NCBI GenBank assembly: GCA_963668245.2
Contig: CAXXKB010000003.1
Location: 3,574 to 67,573 of the forward strand
Origin: Anaerovoracaceae bacterium
GTDB lineage: Bacteria; Bacillota; Clostridia; Peptostreptococcales; Anaerovoracaceae
Length of the DNA stretch: 64,000 nucleotides
Direction: 5' to 3'
In this document: positions 32,066-41,806 of the stretch, one piece after another
Position numbering within the stretch: the stretch's first letter is position 1
How the letters are laid out: every line of letters starts with the position of its first letter
The notes under the pieces: model-generated
Told to the model about the DNA's origin: nothing
Databases searched by the model: none
Seen by the model: the letters and a program-made list of their open reading frames with translations, nothing else
Translations under genes and position numbers: made by a program

Positions 32066-34474
32066 TTAGTACATTTCATCTTTTACATTAAATGATTGGC
32101 CTTTTAGGTTGTATTTCAAAAATTTGTATAATATATAATTTTCCTTGTCAGTCTCGTGTGTAGATAAAATAATCTGTTTGTTTGGAAAATCGTTCCTAAG
32201 CACTTCTATAAATGATGCAATATTAATATCATCCATAGTTTGTACTGGATCATCAATTAGAATAAACCCTATATCATCTGTTTGTTCTGAAATGTATCGC
32301 TTATTCATTGCAAACAAAAAGGATAGAACAAACCCTGATAATTGCCCTGAGCTGAATGTATTGAGTATGTCATGTTTTGCATCACCATTCGAAACAAATC
32401 TCATTTCATCTTTATTAATAAATACACCTAACCCATTTTGATAATCCTGCAATATTTTCCCTGTGTATATTAGAAGAGGTACACGCAACTTTTTTAGAAC
32501 TAAATTTTTATATTCCTCTATTGCAATATTATAGAAGTTCTTTAGTTCATTAAAATTATTTCTGATTATTTCAAGTTTCTCCAATTTGATGATTAATGTC
32601 TTCACATCATTTTTTATCTGATCAATCTCATTATTTTTCAGAAGACTATTTTGATATCTTACAAACATAATTTTATTATCTGTGGCAGTTTTGTCTTTTA
32701 AATTTGATTGTTCAATTGATAATAGGTCAGCATTTCCCTTAAATATATTGTCGTAATTATAGAGTTTTAAATTCTCTGTGAAGTTCTTGTTTTCATAATC
32801 AGAAAGCTTCGACTCGATAATTCTTTTCAGTTCAATAATTTTGCTTATCTCATCTAGTTCTCTCCACGAATTAATATCTCCAACAAATCCATGGATTTTA
32901 GAAATATCATTCATTTTCTTTTCTGACTTAAGAAGCACGGAATATTCACTTGCAATGGTACGAATTTGTTCAATTTCGTTGTCATCTTTTCGCTTAAACA
33001 ATTTTTCTATTGAATCAACTATTGAGTTAGCATAATTAGATAGCATCGCTTTCTTGTCTTTTATTTCTACAGAAATATTATCTTGTGAACTTTTCAACTG
33101 AGTACTTAAAGAACTATATGCTGCTTCCAATAGCTCAGGATTGTCATAAGGGCTATTGCAATAAGGACACTGATTTGAATTTGCATTATTTCCTCTAACT
33201 GAATGTAGCTTTTCTCTCGCTTGTATCAGTTCATTTGTCTTCTTTTGATTCTCTCCAAGTTGGGAATTTAGTACTTTTATTTCGTTAACAAGATTATCTA
33301 CATCACCAATTACTACCGCCTCAGGGATTATTCCTATTTCTTGCAATGAAATCATATCTTCTTTTTTATATTTTGAAATATCCAATTCACTGCGGAAGAA
33401 ATCACTGTATTTAAAAACATCCAGCACTCGGTTCAATTTAGCAATTTCATCTTCAACCTGTTTATGATTAAACTTATTGCCATTCATAAATTCATTGAAT
33501 TTTGTGTAACTTAAGATTGCTTCATTATCATTTGAGCACATCATTATTTCATTATTTTTTAGTAACTTCCTGTAATCAGCTAAATCTTGATATAGATTAT
33601 AGATGCCATTTATTTCATCAATATATGCTGACAGTTGGTTCTCTGAAATGTCCTTTAACACAAACTTCTCAAGATCCCATTTTTTCACTACACAATTTTG
33701 AGGATAAACAAGTAACGGAGTATAATTTGTTTCTTTATATGCTCCTCCAGCATCATCTAACTTCATTTTCAAATTAGATATCTTAATATCTAACTCACCT
33801 TTTGTAGCTTTTATTGCATCGTTAATTAAAACTCCATTTTTTGCCTTAGAGGCTCCTGTAAGGCTTTTTTCTATTTTATCAATCTTCGCTTGTATAGTTT
33901 CTGTTTGAAGAAGTTTAGTCATGCTGTCTTTTCTACTAGAAATACTATTTTTTAGAAAATGAACGGATTCCGCTTGAGAAACGTAATAGTAGATATTAAA
34001 ATGCTCTTTTATGTAGTTTAAATTCTCAAATTCTGAAATGTCTCCCTTCCAATCTATATTACCATTTAAAAATTCATCAAATTTATTTGTATCAACTGGT
34101 CCTTCAATACAAGTGAATTTAATAGCTGTATCAAAGGTTAGCTTTGTAAGACTATTATCTATCTCTGCAATAATAGTTATCTTTTCATGTCTTTCATTTA
34201 TCAATGTTAATATCAAATATCCGCATTCATCTGATGTATTTAACAGAATATTTTTACCAAGATTGGTTCTTCCATCTTCAATATCTGAATTTAAACGTGT
34301 TATTCTTTTAGTAAAAATCAACTCAACGGCATCGAAAAATGTTGTTTTCCCAAATCCATTAGGTCCTGATAAAATAGTAGGATTTGTATCATGAACAAAA
34401 TAAAATTCATAGAATTTCTTATAGTCAAAACACTTAAAATTGCGTACTTTTAGACTTTCAATTTTATAACTCAC
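32066..34474 (-). CDS. lmuB: SMC/Rad50-like ABC ATPase of a Lamassu/ABC-3C system
   Basis: GPNGFGKT, CPYC zinc hook, FSSGQ signature, ILIDDPVQTMD. Confidence 0.85.
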   Translation of the reverse strand: MSYKIESLKVRNFKCFDYKKFYEFYFVHDTNPTILSGPNGFGKTTFFDAVELIFTKRITRLNSDIEDGRTNLGKNILLNTSDECGYLILTLINERHEKITIIAEIDNSLTKLTFDTAIKFTCIEGPVDTNKFDEFLNGNIDWKGDISEFENLNYIKEHFNIYYYVSQAESVHFLKNSISSRKDSMTKLLQTETIQAKIDKIEKSLTGASKAKNGVLINDAIKATKGELDIKISNLKMKLDDAGGAYKETNYTPLLVYPQNCVVKKWDLEKFVLKDISENQLSAYIDEINGIYNLYQDLADYRKLLKNNEIMMCSNDNEAILSYTKFNEFMNGNKFNHKQVEDEIAKLNRVLDVFKYSDFFRSELDISKYKKEDMISLQEIGIIPEAVVIGDVDNLVNEIKVLNSQLGENQKKTNELIQAREKLHSVRGNNANSNQCPYCNSPYDNPELLEAAYSSLSTQLKSSQDNISVEIKDKKAMLSNYANSIVDSIEKLFKRKDDNEIEQIRTIASEYSVLLKSEKKMNDISKIHGFVGDINSWRELDEISKIIELKRIIESKLSDYENKNFTENLKLYNYDNIFKGNADLLSIEQSNLKDKTATDNKIMFVRYQNSLLKNNEIDQIKNDVKTLIIKLEKLEIIRNNFNELKNFYNIAIEEYKNLVLKKLRVPLLIYTGKILQDYQNGLGVFINKDEMRFVSNGDAKHDILNTFSSGQLSGFVLSFLFAMNKRYISEQTDDIGFILIDDPVQTMDDINIASFIEVLRNDFPNKQIILSTHETDKENYILYKFLKYNLKGQSFNVKDEMY

Positions 34475-35271
34475 TATTTTACCCCTTTCAACATTTTTTT
34501 GATTGCTTTTTCTAGATTATCCTCATCAATTTTAAAATCATCTTCTAGTAGAAGTATCTCCTCAATGTTAGTTTCATTATTATTTAAAATTTGATGGTAC
34601 TTGATTTGCTTATCTATTAAAGCCCGTTCAACCTGTTTTTCTATAGGCTCAGGTGCTAATTCAGTCTTAAACTTATACTGTAAAAATGGAAGTTTAGCAA
34701 ACATACGAATTACCAGGCCATATGTGCTATCTAATTCTTTACCTTCAACCAACTTGAAATAACTATCCTCATTATCTACAATTTGACATAGTGCATCTAC
34801 TAATGTTCTGTCACTAAACTGCGATAGAGAATTTTCCAATTGCTCAATTTGTTTTTGCGTATAAGGCAAAACATATCTTTTGAAATAGTTGGGTGATTCT
34901 TCTATTGAGTAAACAGCATTTCTATAGTTATTCAAATTTTCTATATTTTCAAATAATAACAGATAAATTGCCGAGGTATTCTTATCTATCTGACTAGCTT
35001 CTTTTGCGTTACCAAATGATTCTATTATTTGTTGCTTAAACGAAATATTGTCCGAATCTACGCTTTTTGAGTATTTATTTTCAAGCTGTTCTAATGCATT
35101 AATTACTTCTACCTCATCGTTTTCAAATCCCCTACAATCTATGGCGTTAATAATGAAATAATTAGCGATTTCTGTGTGTTCATGCTTATAGAATTCTAAA
35201 TTTATTCTGCCAATATCGGTTAGTTTAACGTAATTGTATGTTCTAAATATTCTATCAATCAAGTCATTCAT
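34474..35271 (-). CDS. lmuC: ABC-3C middle component (LmuC-like)
   Basis: Overlaps both neighbours; IEESPNYFKRYVLPY motif. Confidence 0.7.
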   Translation of the reverse strand: MNDLIDRIFRTYNYVKLTDIGRINLEFYKHEHTEIANYFIINAIDCRGFENDEVEVINALEQLENKYSKSVDSDNISFKQQIIESFGNAKEASQIDKNTSAIYLLLFENIENLNNYRNAVYSIEESPNYFKRYVLPYTQKQIEQLENSLSQFSDRTLVDALCQIVDNEDSYFKLVEGKELDSTYGLVIRMFAKLPFLQYKFKTELAPEPIEKQVERALIDKQIKYHQILNNNETNIEEILLLEDDFKIDEDNLEKAIKKMLKGVK

Positions 35272-36841
35272 TATCTATCAGTTCCCCCTCTGCTATATCT
35301 TTACTTATTATTCTCATGACTTTTGATTTGTTGTAATTAATTTTTTGTCGTTCAGCAGAATCCGAAGTTATATCTACAATTTCATTTAATTCATTAGTCC
35401 CCATAACATTGAAGTTATTTTGATTGTATCTATAGTCAGGCTTATTCAATCTATCAGTAATTAAGACATCACTTTCGTAAATAAAAAATTTATCTGCATT
35501 ATTCATGCTTAATTCTTTATTCAATTGGGCTTCAAAATCTTCAATATACTCATTTTCATCCAAAGTTAGTCGATAAATCTCTTCATTTTTTTCAGCTAAA
35601 ATAACATTTGAATCATAATATTTCAAACATTCTATTTTCTTCAAAAATCTAATAAATAAATTGTTAACGACAGTATCTCTTGGCAAATTATTCTTTGGAG
35701 TTCTTAGGAGCAGCTTATATAAAAAGTCTTTTTTGTCTTCATAGCTTTTATTGCAAATCTCTATCATCTGACGATATAAATTACACTCATCAAAAGTGGT
35801 GCAACTCTCACAATCACTACATACACAATCAGTTCGGATACTACTAGGATATTTTTTATATGTATCCTTTATCAACTGAAGCAACTCATAATACTGATAT
35901 TCCGTTGTATTACTTTCAGCCTTATGATCTTTAATTATCAGATCAAGTATTTTGGAAAACTCCACTTTACATGAATTTTTTTTACTGCAGGTATTATGAG
36001 CACTAATCACATCTTTTGAAAAAATGACGATCTTATCATAAATAAACTGATAATACGTTTGATTATAGTATATGCTCCCCTGAGGATTAATCTTCTTTAA
36101 TATCTTCTCAATAATTTCGCATGAATTTTGAATGACACTTGCAGGTGTTGTAAATTGTTCACCATATACATTCCATATATCTGAATCAGACTTACCATTC
36201 AACAACCCTTTATATAGAGATAATTTATTCTTTGCGCATGCAACGGCTTTAATCACATTCTCTTTTTCATTATTGCCATCACAAATTGAACATAATATTT
36301 TGTATAAAGAACCTTTCGGCGTATTGTTGTTAATTTTACTAATTAGGATATACTTTTCTTCTGTTTGCTTATACAAAGCATCGCTTCTTTTTATTTTTCC
36401 CCCAAGTGTGGGGCCTAATGGTGTTATCTCATCACTAAATTCTTTTTCTGTTTTAACTTCCTTGTTTAGATCAGATAACAGACAGTCAATACTCTGTACA
36501 GTTTTCTCTATGAAATCAAAAGGAATTGTAGCTTCGGGAACAATATGAAAATATGCATTTTCAGCTGCATACTGTAAGGCAGATATAATAAAGCATGTTT
36601 TATCATCATTGTCTAAACTGACATTACCTGCTTTAACTTGATGTAAACTTATGTAATTATCCCCTTTTATTATAGAAAAATCCTCTTCACCTTCGATTCC
36701 TAATTTATATAAAATGATTTCTTCCTGATTACCTAATTCAATAACTTGCCATATATGATTTAAAGCTATATATAAAGCTATATGCCGTTGATACTCAAAC
36801 CCTTCCCAAGCTGGAATGGCACTAATAGGTGCGATTATCAT
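35264..36841 (-). CDS. lmuA: Lamassu/ABC-3C effector with N-terminal Cap4-like PD-(D/E)xK nuclease
   Basis: SAIPAWEGFEYQ, EGEEDF, LHQVK; first gene of the three-gene operon. Confidence 0.75.
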   Translation of the reverse strand: MIIAPISAIPAWEGFEYQRHIALYIALNHIWQVIELGNQEEIILYKLGIEGEEDFSIIKGDNYISLHQVKAGNVSLDNDDKTCFIISALQYAAENAYFHIVPEATIPFDFIEKTVQSIDCLLSDLNKEVKTEKEFSDEITPLGPTLGGKIKRSDALYKQTEEKYILISKINNNTPKGSLYKILCSICDGNNEKENVIKAVACAKNKLSLYKGLLNGKSDSDIWNVYGEQFTTPASVIQNSCEIIEKILKKINPQGSIYYNQTYYQFIYDKIVIFSKDVISAHNTCSKKNSCKVEFSKILDLIIKDHKAESNTTEYQYYELLQLIKDTYKKYPSSIRTDCVCSDCESCTTFDECNLYRQMIEICNKSYEDKKDFLYKLLLRTPKNNLPRDTVVNNLFIRFLKKIECLKYYDSNVILAEKNEEIYRLTLDENEYIEDFEAQLNKELSMNNADKFFIYESDVLITDRLNKPDYRYNQNNFNVMGTNELNEIVDITSDSAERQKINYNKSKVMRIISKDIAEGELIDNE

Positions 36842-37029
36842 AGTCTTTCTCCTATCCTATATCTCTGCTGCTCCGACGAAGTCTTTTCTGTCGCCACTTT
36901 CTGATTATATTCGTACCCTTCTCTTTAACACTCAATAACATTCTAAATATTAATAGTATACAACTTTTTTAAATATAATATTATACCTGAGTTATTTATA
37001 TATTTTCTGAAAACGTCTTGAAACGTTAG

Positions 37030-37146
37030 TCTTCCAACTTAATTTGTATTTCCAGTTCACACCCAAAGGGTGTTTATAGAACAAGTGAAAAATGCTGTTG
37101 CAGCAAGGCTAATCGTAGTTGCTTGAAATTTTATGAATTATTCAAG
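37030..37146 (-). mobile_element. Probable IS1380-family left end
   Basis: Minus strand CTTGAATAATTCATA...ACAGCATTTTTCACTT...CTATAAACACCCT resembles Firmicutes IS1380 left ends, as recalled; not searched. Confidence 0.45.
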
Positions 37147-37232
37147 TTCAGGTATTTCTTTGAATGACAATCACTTAGTTTTAGAAACAATAAAGTGATC
37201 GAGTGCTTCTGGTCCTAGAACTTCTCCTACAT

Positions 37233-37493
37233 TCAACACCTGCTGTGTAAAAATAAGTCCGCTTCAGATGGAGTGAGGTCTGAATTTGGCTGGTTTGATA
37301 GAGTATGGCACCGCGCTCCGTTATTTCGTGCATACATCTCAAAAATTGCAGATTCGACAATATCCGCGGGGGTTTCAAAAAATTCATACTCCAAAGCTAA
37401 GTGCGTTTGCAACGCTTCAATCATCTTAGTAGTGCTCCCATCTAATTTGAGAAACATACTGGATTCTAATGCGTCATTCGACATACCGATCAC
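37233..37493 (-). CDS. Small protein, possibly RHH (copy 2)
   Basis: Paralog of 25643-25843 with a different C-terminus. Confidence 0.55.
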   Translation of the reverse strand: MIGMSNDALESSMFLKLDGSTTKMIEALQTHLALEYEFFETPADIVESAIFEMYARNNGARCHTLSNQPNSDLTPSEADLFLHSRC

Positions 37494-37613
37494 CTTCCCT
37501 TTCTACCTAAAATATCCGTAGAATCTTCCAGATGATTGATTTATGAACAGAAAATTTTAGAAAAATTCCCTGCCTTTCTTTTTAAATATCCACGCGTGTT
37601 CGCTTTACAAGAA

Positions 37614-37627
37614 CAAACATGTGTTCG
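37614..37627 (+). promoter_or_regulatory. LexA box in the yolD-like promoter (copy 2)
   Basis: CAAACATGTGTTCG directly before TATAAT. Confidence 0.65.
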
Positions 37628-37688
37628 TATAATGGGGTATAGAATCTGTAAGCAGTCCTAATTCATGACATGAAAGAATGAGTGGAAG

Positions 37689-38243
37689 GTGAATATCATG
37701 CTAAAAGAACCAAGAAAGCGAACAGAGAAGGTATTTGAAGAGTACAATGACTACCACGATAGGGGTATGGTAAAGTGGCTGACCGCATTCGCTATGGAGG
37801 AATTAGCAAAGTCTATTTCGATAGGAAAAGAGGAGGCGATGAAGGATATTCCCATCCTGCCTCAGATGAGCCCTTTAGAAATCGATATAGCTTTAGCGGA
37901 ATCCATTCAAAAAAACCGTCTCGTATCGATACAATTGAACCAAAAAGATCGTTTCGGGCGTCAAACTGAGTCGATAGTAGGTCATTTCACAGGCTACCTC
38001 ACGGATAATAAGCTTTTGATTGATAATGAATGGATTTTAGCGGAGAGTATTCGAAACGTGCGCATTTTGCATGATGAGAAATGGTCCAAGACCCACGTCT
38101 TTTCAGCAGATACAAAAGAAAATAACGGACTGAATTCCACGCGAAAGTTTCCAAATACTGTTTGTATTGAAGACCAAGAAGCTTTTGACACTGATATCAC
38201 CTGGGTAGAAGACTTCAATCAATGCACAGAATGGTTTGAGTAA
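37689..38243 (+). CDS. YolD-like protein (copy 2)
   Basis: Close paralog of 26038-26592. Confidence 0.75.
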   Translation: MNIMLKEPRKRTEKVFEEYNDYHDRGMVKWLTAFAMEELAKSISIGKEEAMKDIPILPQMSPLEIDIALAESIQKNRLVSIQLNQKDRFGRQTESIVGHFTGYLTDNKLLIDNEWILAESIRNVRILHDEKWSKTHVFSADTKENNGLNSTRKFPNTVCIEDQEAFDTDITWVEDFNQCTEWFE

Positions 38244-38398
38244 CCCCTACATGTAGGCCCTTGAGAAAAACCTAAAATGTCGCGTACAAAGATGGCCGCA
38301 TGTAAAAAATCATGTTCTTGAGTGCTTTTATCCATTTAAAACTATTTCCTCTCACACTAAGAAAGCGTATACTTTTAATCAAGGGGGGATAGCATTCA

Positions 38399-38635
38399 TT
38401 GGAACATTTCGCGCAAGTAATTGAACAGATTGATTATAAAATAGCTACCGTTAAATTTGATATCAAGGAAACAGAGCTACACCTACATAAGCAGTTGAAT
38501 GCCGGTGTACCCGAAGAGCACTTGTCTGATTATTATTCGTTACTGGATATAAACGAAGGTATACTCAGTGGACTGAACGAAGCACTAAGTATCCTTCAAA
38601 CCGCATGGCTGAACTATACAGAGAGGGAGCTTTAA
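38399..38635 (+). CDS. Hypothetical coiled-coil protein (copy 2)
   Basis: Paralog of 26748-26984. Confidence 0.6.
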   Translation: MEHFAQVIEQIDYKIATVKFDIKETELHLHKQLNAGVPEEHLSDYYSLLDINEGILSGLNEALSILQTAWLNYTEREL

Positions 38636-38654
38636 AGCTCACGGGTAATCATGA

Positions 38655-38849
38655 ATGGAGACGTATCATGAACTGGAAAAGGAACTAGCCGAGGTATGTT
38701 TAATGAATGAGTCCGATCAAGACTCGATTTCAATCTACCTAGATCGTTTTAATGCACTTGCCGCCACTGGTAACTTGTCGGATAAGCAGTTTGATCGATT
38801 GAATGGCTATATTGAAGAACTTATTCTCAATTGGGGAGACGTAGATTAG
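38655..38849 (+). CDS. Acidic hypothetical protein (internally deleted in copy 1)
   Basis: 64 aa; copy 1 keeps only its start and its LNGYIE end near 27005-27056. Confidence 0.55.
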   Translation: METYHELEKELAEVCLMNESDQDSISIYLDRFNALAATGNLSDKQFDRLNGYIEELILNWGDVD

Positions 38850-38940
38850 ACAAAAGTGGTCCTTTGTAGGGTCCTAGGAACGTCTTTTCTTCCTATTTGA
38901 AAAGTTAAGCTGAACGATAACGGAGCTACGCAGAACTATA

Positions 38941-38986
38941 AAAAAGAAGGCCCAAAGCGATTCTATACCGATTTGGGCCTTTTTTA
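38941..38986. terminator. Bidirectional terminator
   Basis: AAAAAAGAAGGCCCAAA...TTTGGGCCTTTTTT. Confidence 0.7.
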
Positions 38987-38994
38987 ATGTGAAC

Positions 38995-39180
38995 TTATAT
39001 GTTTCCTATCGTAAAGCCGTTACGACGTTTCTCCCATGAGTCAAGTATCTCTGCTTTTTTCGGTTCCCGCACGCAAGGATTTCTATCCGGAAATTTGGTA
39101 GACGTATAGAAATTAGAAGATTTGACTAACTCCTCCATTCGAGAAGCACGTGACGGTTCGATCTTTAATTTGATTTTCAT
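38995..39180 (-). CDS. Small basic hypothetical protein
   Basis: TTG start with RBS GAGGT, downstream of BRCT copy 2. Confidence 0.4.
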   Translation of the reverse strand: MKIKLKIEPSRASRMEELVKSSNFYTSTKFPDRNPCVREPKKAEILDSWEKRRNGFTIGNI

Positions 39181-39230
39181 TCAACTACCTCTTTTTTTAG
39201 ATTTTCAAAGACAGAAGAGCAGGGTTCACC

Positions 39231-39542
39231 CTATCCTTTATTCCCTCTCATAATCCCCACCACTTGGTTTAAGTGCAATAGGACTTTTTCCAGAAACGCT
39301 TGCTCGGATAAAACACAAACAGAGTGGCCTTCTTGCTGCAAAGCTTCCACTTTCTGCATCTTCAGACTTCGAGGATCTTCTTGGAAGAGATTGGTGTTCG
39401 CCTTTCCGACAACAAGGATGGTTGTGTCCTTCGTAACCGCTGCTTGCGGTTTTCCTCCTAATGCAGTGACTAGTGCCTGCGCTTGTTTCCGGGATAACGT
39501 ATCCAATTTACCCGTAAATACAAATTTCTCTCCACGAAACAT
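39231..39542 (-). CDS. Stand-alone BRCT-domain protein (copy 2)
   Basis: Near-identical to 28485-28796. Confidence 0.85.
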   Translation of the reverse strand: MFRGEKFVFTGKLDTLSRKQAQALVTALGGKPQAAVTKDTTILVVGKANTNLFQEDPRSLKMQKVEALQQEGHSVCVLSEQAFLEKVLLHLNQVVGIMRGNKG

Positions 39543-39636
39543 GTGCGCGTCCCCCTCTTCCTAGCTATCCGATTTTTCTCGGATCCGTTCTTTTCTTCTA
39601 TTTTACCGCTATCGGAAGGGGTTTCGCAACAAGCGT

Positions 39637-39650
39637 CGAACATATATTCT
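39637..39650. promoter_or_regulatory. LexA-like box upstream of BRCT copy 2
   Basis: CGAACATATATTCT. Confidence 0.55.
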
Positions 39651-39857
39651 GATTTTAACAGGAAAGCTGCCCGTATTTGAAAAGGTTGGATTACATGCGG
39701 ATTTCTAACAAAAAAAGGAACGAAAATAACGCATTTTAAGGCTTTTTCAAAACTGTCGATGACCGGTTATCCGCCAACAAGCAAGAAAATCTCCTCTCCT
39801 CTCCATACAGTCGATTTCCCCAAATAAGAAGGAAAAGAAAGATAGTTGAGTATCATT

Positions 39858-40205
39858 TTTTCGTTTTGTGTCGCCATACGCCCTAATCGATCCTGCGGAG
39901 CCGGATCAGGGCTTCACCATTTCGGACTGTTCCACGGCAATCGACATGCGGGAGGCCCTCCTTCGGTCCCACATGCTGCTATCCGGGAACAGAAAAGGAA
40001 TTCAAGAACCGCAAAAACTTTTTCTTCTTTCCCTGCATGTCCTTCCGTTCAATCCAAAAAACTTTTTGTCTAAAGAGTCTCTACCCACTGAAGTGGCAAG
40101 AGGCTCTTTTTTCTTGATTTCCTTTTAGCCTCACGATCACTGGCTAGCCAACAAAACGGAAAAAATTCAGCTTTTAGCTCTCGCTTAGGCGTCACAAAAC
40201 GAAAG
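39858..40205 (+). promoter_or_regulatory. Structured non-coding region closed by a long-range inverted repeat (ssi/Frpo/EGeRS-like)
   Basis: 39858-39875 pairs with 40188-40205; several internal hairpins. Confidence 0.5.
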
Positions 40206-40216
40206 GGGAAAATAAA

Positions 40217-40498
40217 ATGACTAAAAGAAAACAAGAATTAGTGAGTGTCTATATCCATGGAATTTACAAAGGGCAAATCAAAGCGGACACGGAAACCATC
40301 GCCCACCTCGTTGCTGGAGCCTTTCCATACGAAAACTACGCTATTGTAAAGGGATTTAACAAGTTAGTTCTCACTACATTCGGTCCATTTTTGAATGTTG
40401 TGCCGGACAAAGAGTGGTTGAAAAACGAATTGCTGCCCATCTTGATTCCCTTGCAAATGGGCCAACAGGACATTAAAAAAATTGCATATCAAGAGTAA
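40217..40498 (+). CDS. Hypothetical protein
   Basis: RBS AAGGGG; first gene after the structured region. Confidence 0.7.
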   Translation: MTKRKQELVSVYIHGIYKGQIKADTETIAHLVAGAFPYENYAIVKGFNKLVLTTFGPFLNVVPDKEWLKNELLPILIPLQMGQQDIKKIAYQE

Positions 40499-40550
40499 GC
40501 CTCGGCTGAATTATCCGTTTTGAAATATAAAAAGAGAGAAGGAAATCAAC

Positions 40551-41021
40551 ATGACAAAAAAAGTAAATGTGGAATGGAAACAAGAAGTGATTACGGAGAT
40601 TGTACGCGTCAAACAAATCGTAATGGAACGGCCAATAGCATACCAAGGCAACATCGCTTCTACCCAGGAAGCTGGAAGGTTTGGTGTAACAGAAATTGGC
40701 GATGAAGCCCAAGAAATCCTCCTCGTGGTTATCTTGGATACAAAAAATCAAATCAATGCGGTCCACCGTGTTTTTACCGGAAGTTTGAACTGTAGTGTCG
40801 CCCACCCGCGAGAAATCTTTCGAAGCGCGCTCCTCAATAACGGTGCCCGTATTTTACTATTTCATAACCATCCCAGCGGAAATACAGACCCGTCGGAAGC
40901 GGACCTCATCTTCACAAAACGCATGGAAGAAGCCGGAAATATCCTTGGAATTGACTTACTGGACCATTTTATCGTTTGCGGAAAAGACTGGCTTTCGCTT
41001 CGTGAGTATGGCATTTTATAG
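40551..41021 (+). CDS. RadC-like JAB-domain protein
   Basis: HPREIF...ILLFHNHPSG...PSEAD...LLDHFI. Confidence 0.93.
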   Translation: MTKKVNVEWKQEVITEIVRVKQIVMERPIAYQGNIASTQEAGRFGVTEIGDEAQEILLVVILDTKNQINAVHRVFTGSLNCSVAHPREIFRSALLNNGARILLFHNHPSGNTDPSEADLIFTKRMEEAGNILGIDLLDHFIVCGKDWLSLREYGIL

Positions 41022-41206
41022 ACATAAAAAACAATCGAGCGGGGAATTAAAAAAATTCCCGCTCGATATTTTATCTATACGTGACGTTTCAATAGGACTA
41101 AATAACCTAAGTTGTTAAGCGGAAGGGAGAAAGGCCGCATCGGCCTTTCTTTTAACTTTAATTTACTATAAACTGTAGTAAAGTAAAAAATATAGGGTGG
41201 TTATCC

Positions 41207-41764
41207 ATGAGTGTATTTAAGCAATTAATCAGCAATCTTAATAGTTTAAAATTAAAGCGAAAAATTGCTGTTCAAAAAGAAACCACTGATCAAATAGATA
41301 TTTTAAAAAATAAAGGATTCGATGTGCTTTCCGTAACCCAAACAGAGAAGGCTAACCTCATAATGTATAGACACTTTTTAGACGATATACCTGAAGAGGA
41401 AGAAATCCTTATCTCCATTGGAATTAGCGTCATAACTCCAAAGGGGCGTTCTGGCCGGGATCCCGTGTTGAAGGCGTTTTTCAAGAATAACTTTACCACT
41501 ATTTCTTTAGAGGATATCGAAATGGTAGATTCTTTCATTAATCAAGGGCTGGGCAGCATGCTACTGAACGCGCTTCTTGATATTGCGAAGAAAAGAAATA
41601 TCCGTCGTATCACCGGAGAGATATCTCGCGTGGATATTGGCCACATAGAACGGCTGGTACACTTTTATGAGAAGCATAATTTTGAAGTAACCCTGTGCAG
41701 CAATCCTACAGATGGGTATAAAATTGGTGATCTAGTATGGAATAACAGCGGAATAGGGCATTGA
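41207..41764 (+). CDS. GNAT-family acetyltransferase
   Basis: FINQGLGSMLL (acetyl-CoA motif), LVHFYEKHNF. Confidence 0.85.
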   Translation: MSVFKQLISNLNSLKLKRKIAVQKETTDQIDILKNKGFDVLSVTQTEKANLIMYRHFLDDIPEEEEILISIGISVITPKGRSGRDPVLKAFFKNNFTTISLEDIEMVDSFINQGLGSMLLNALLDIAKKRNIRRITGEISRVDIGHIERLVHFYEKHNFEVTLCSNPTDGYKIGDLVWNNSGIGH

Positions 41765-41806
41765 AAAAACGGAGCTGCTAATCAGGAATTAGCGGCTCCA
41801 TTTCTT

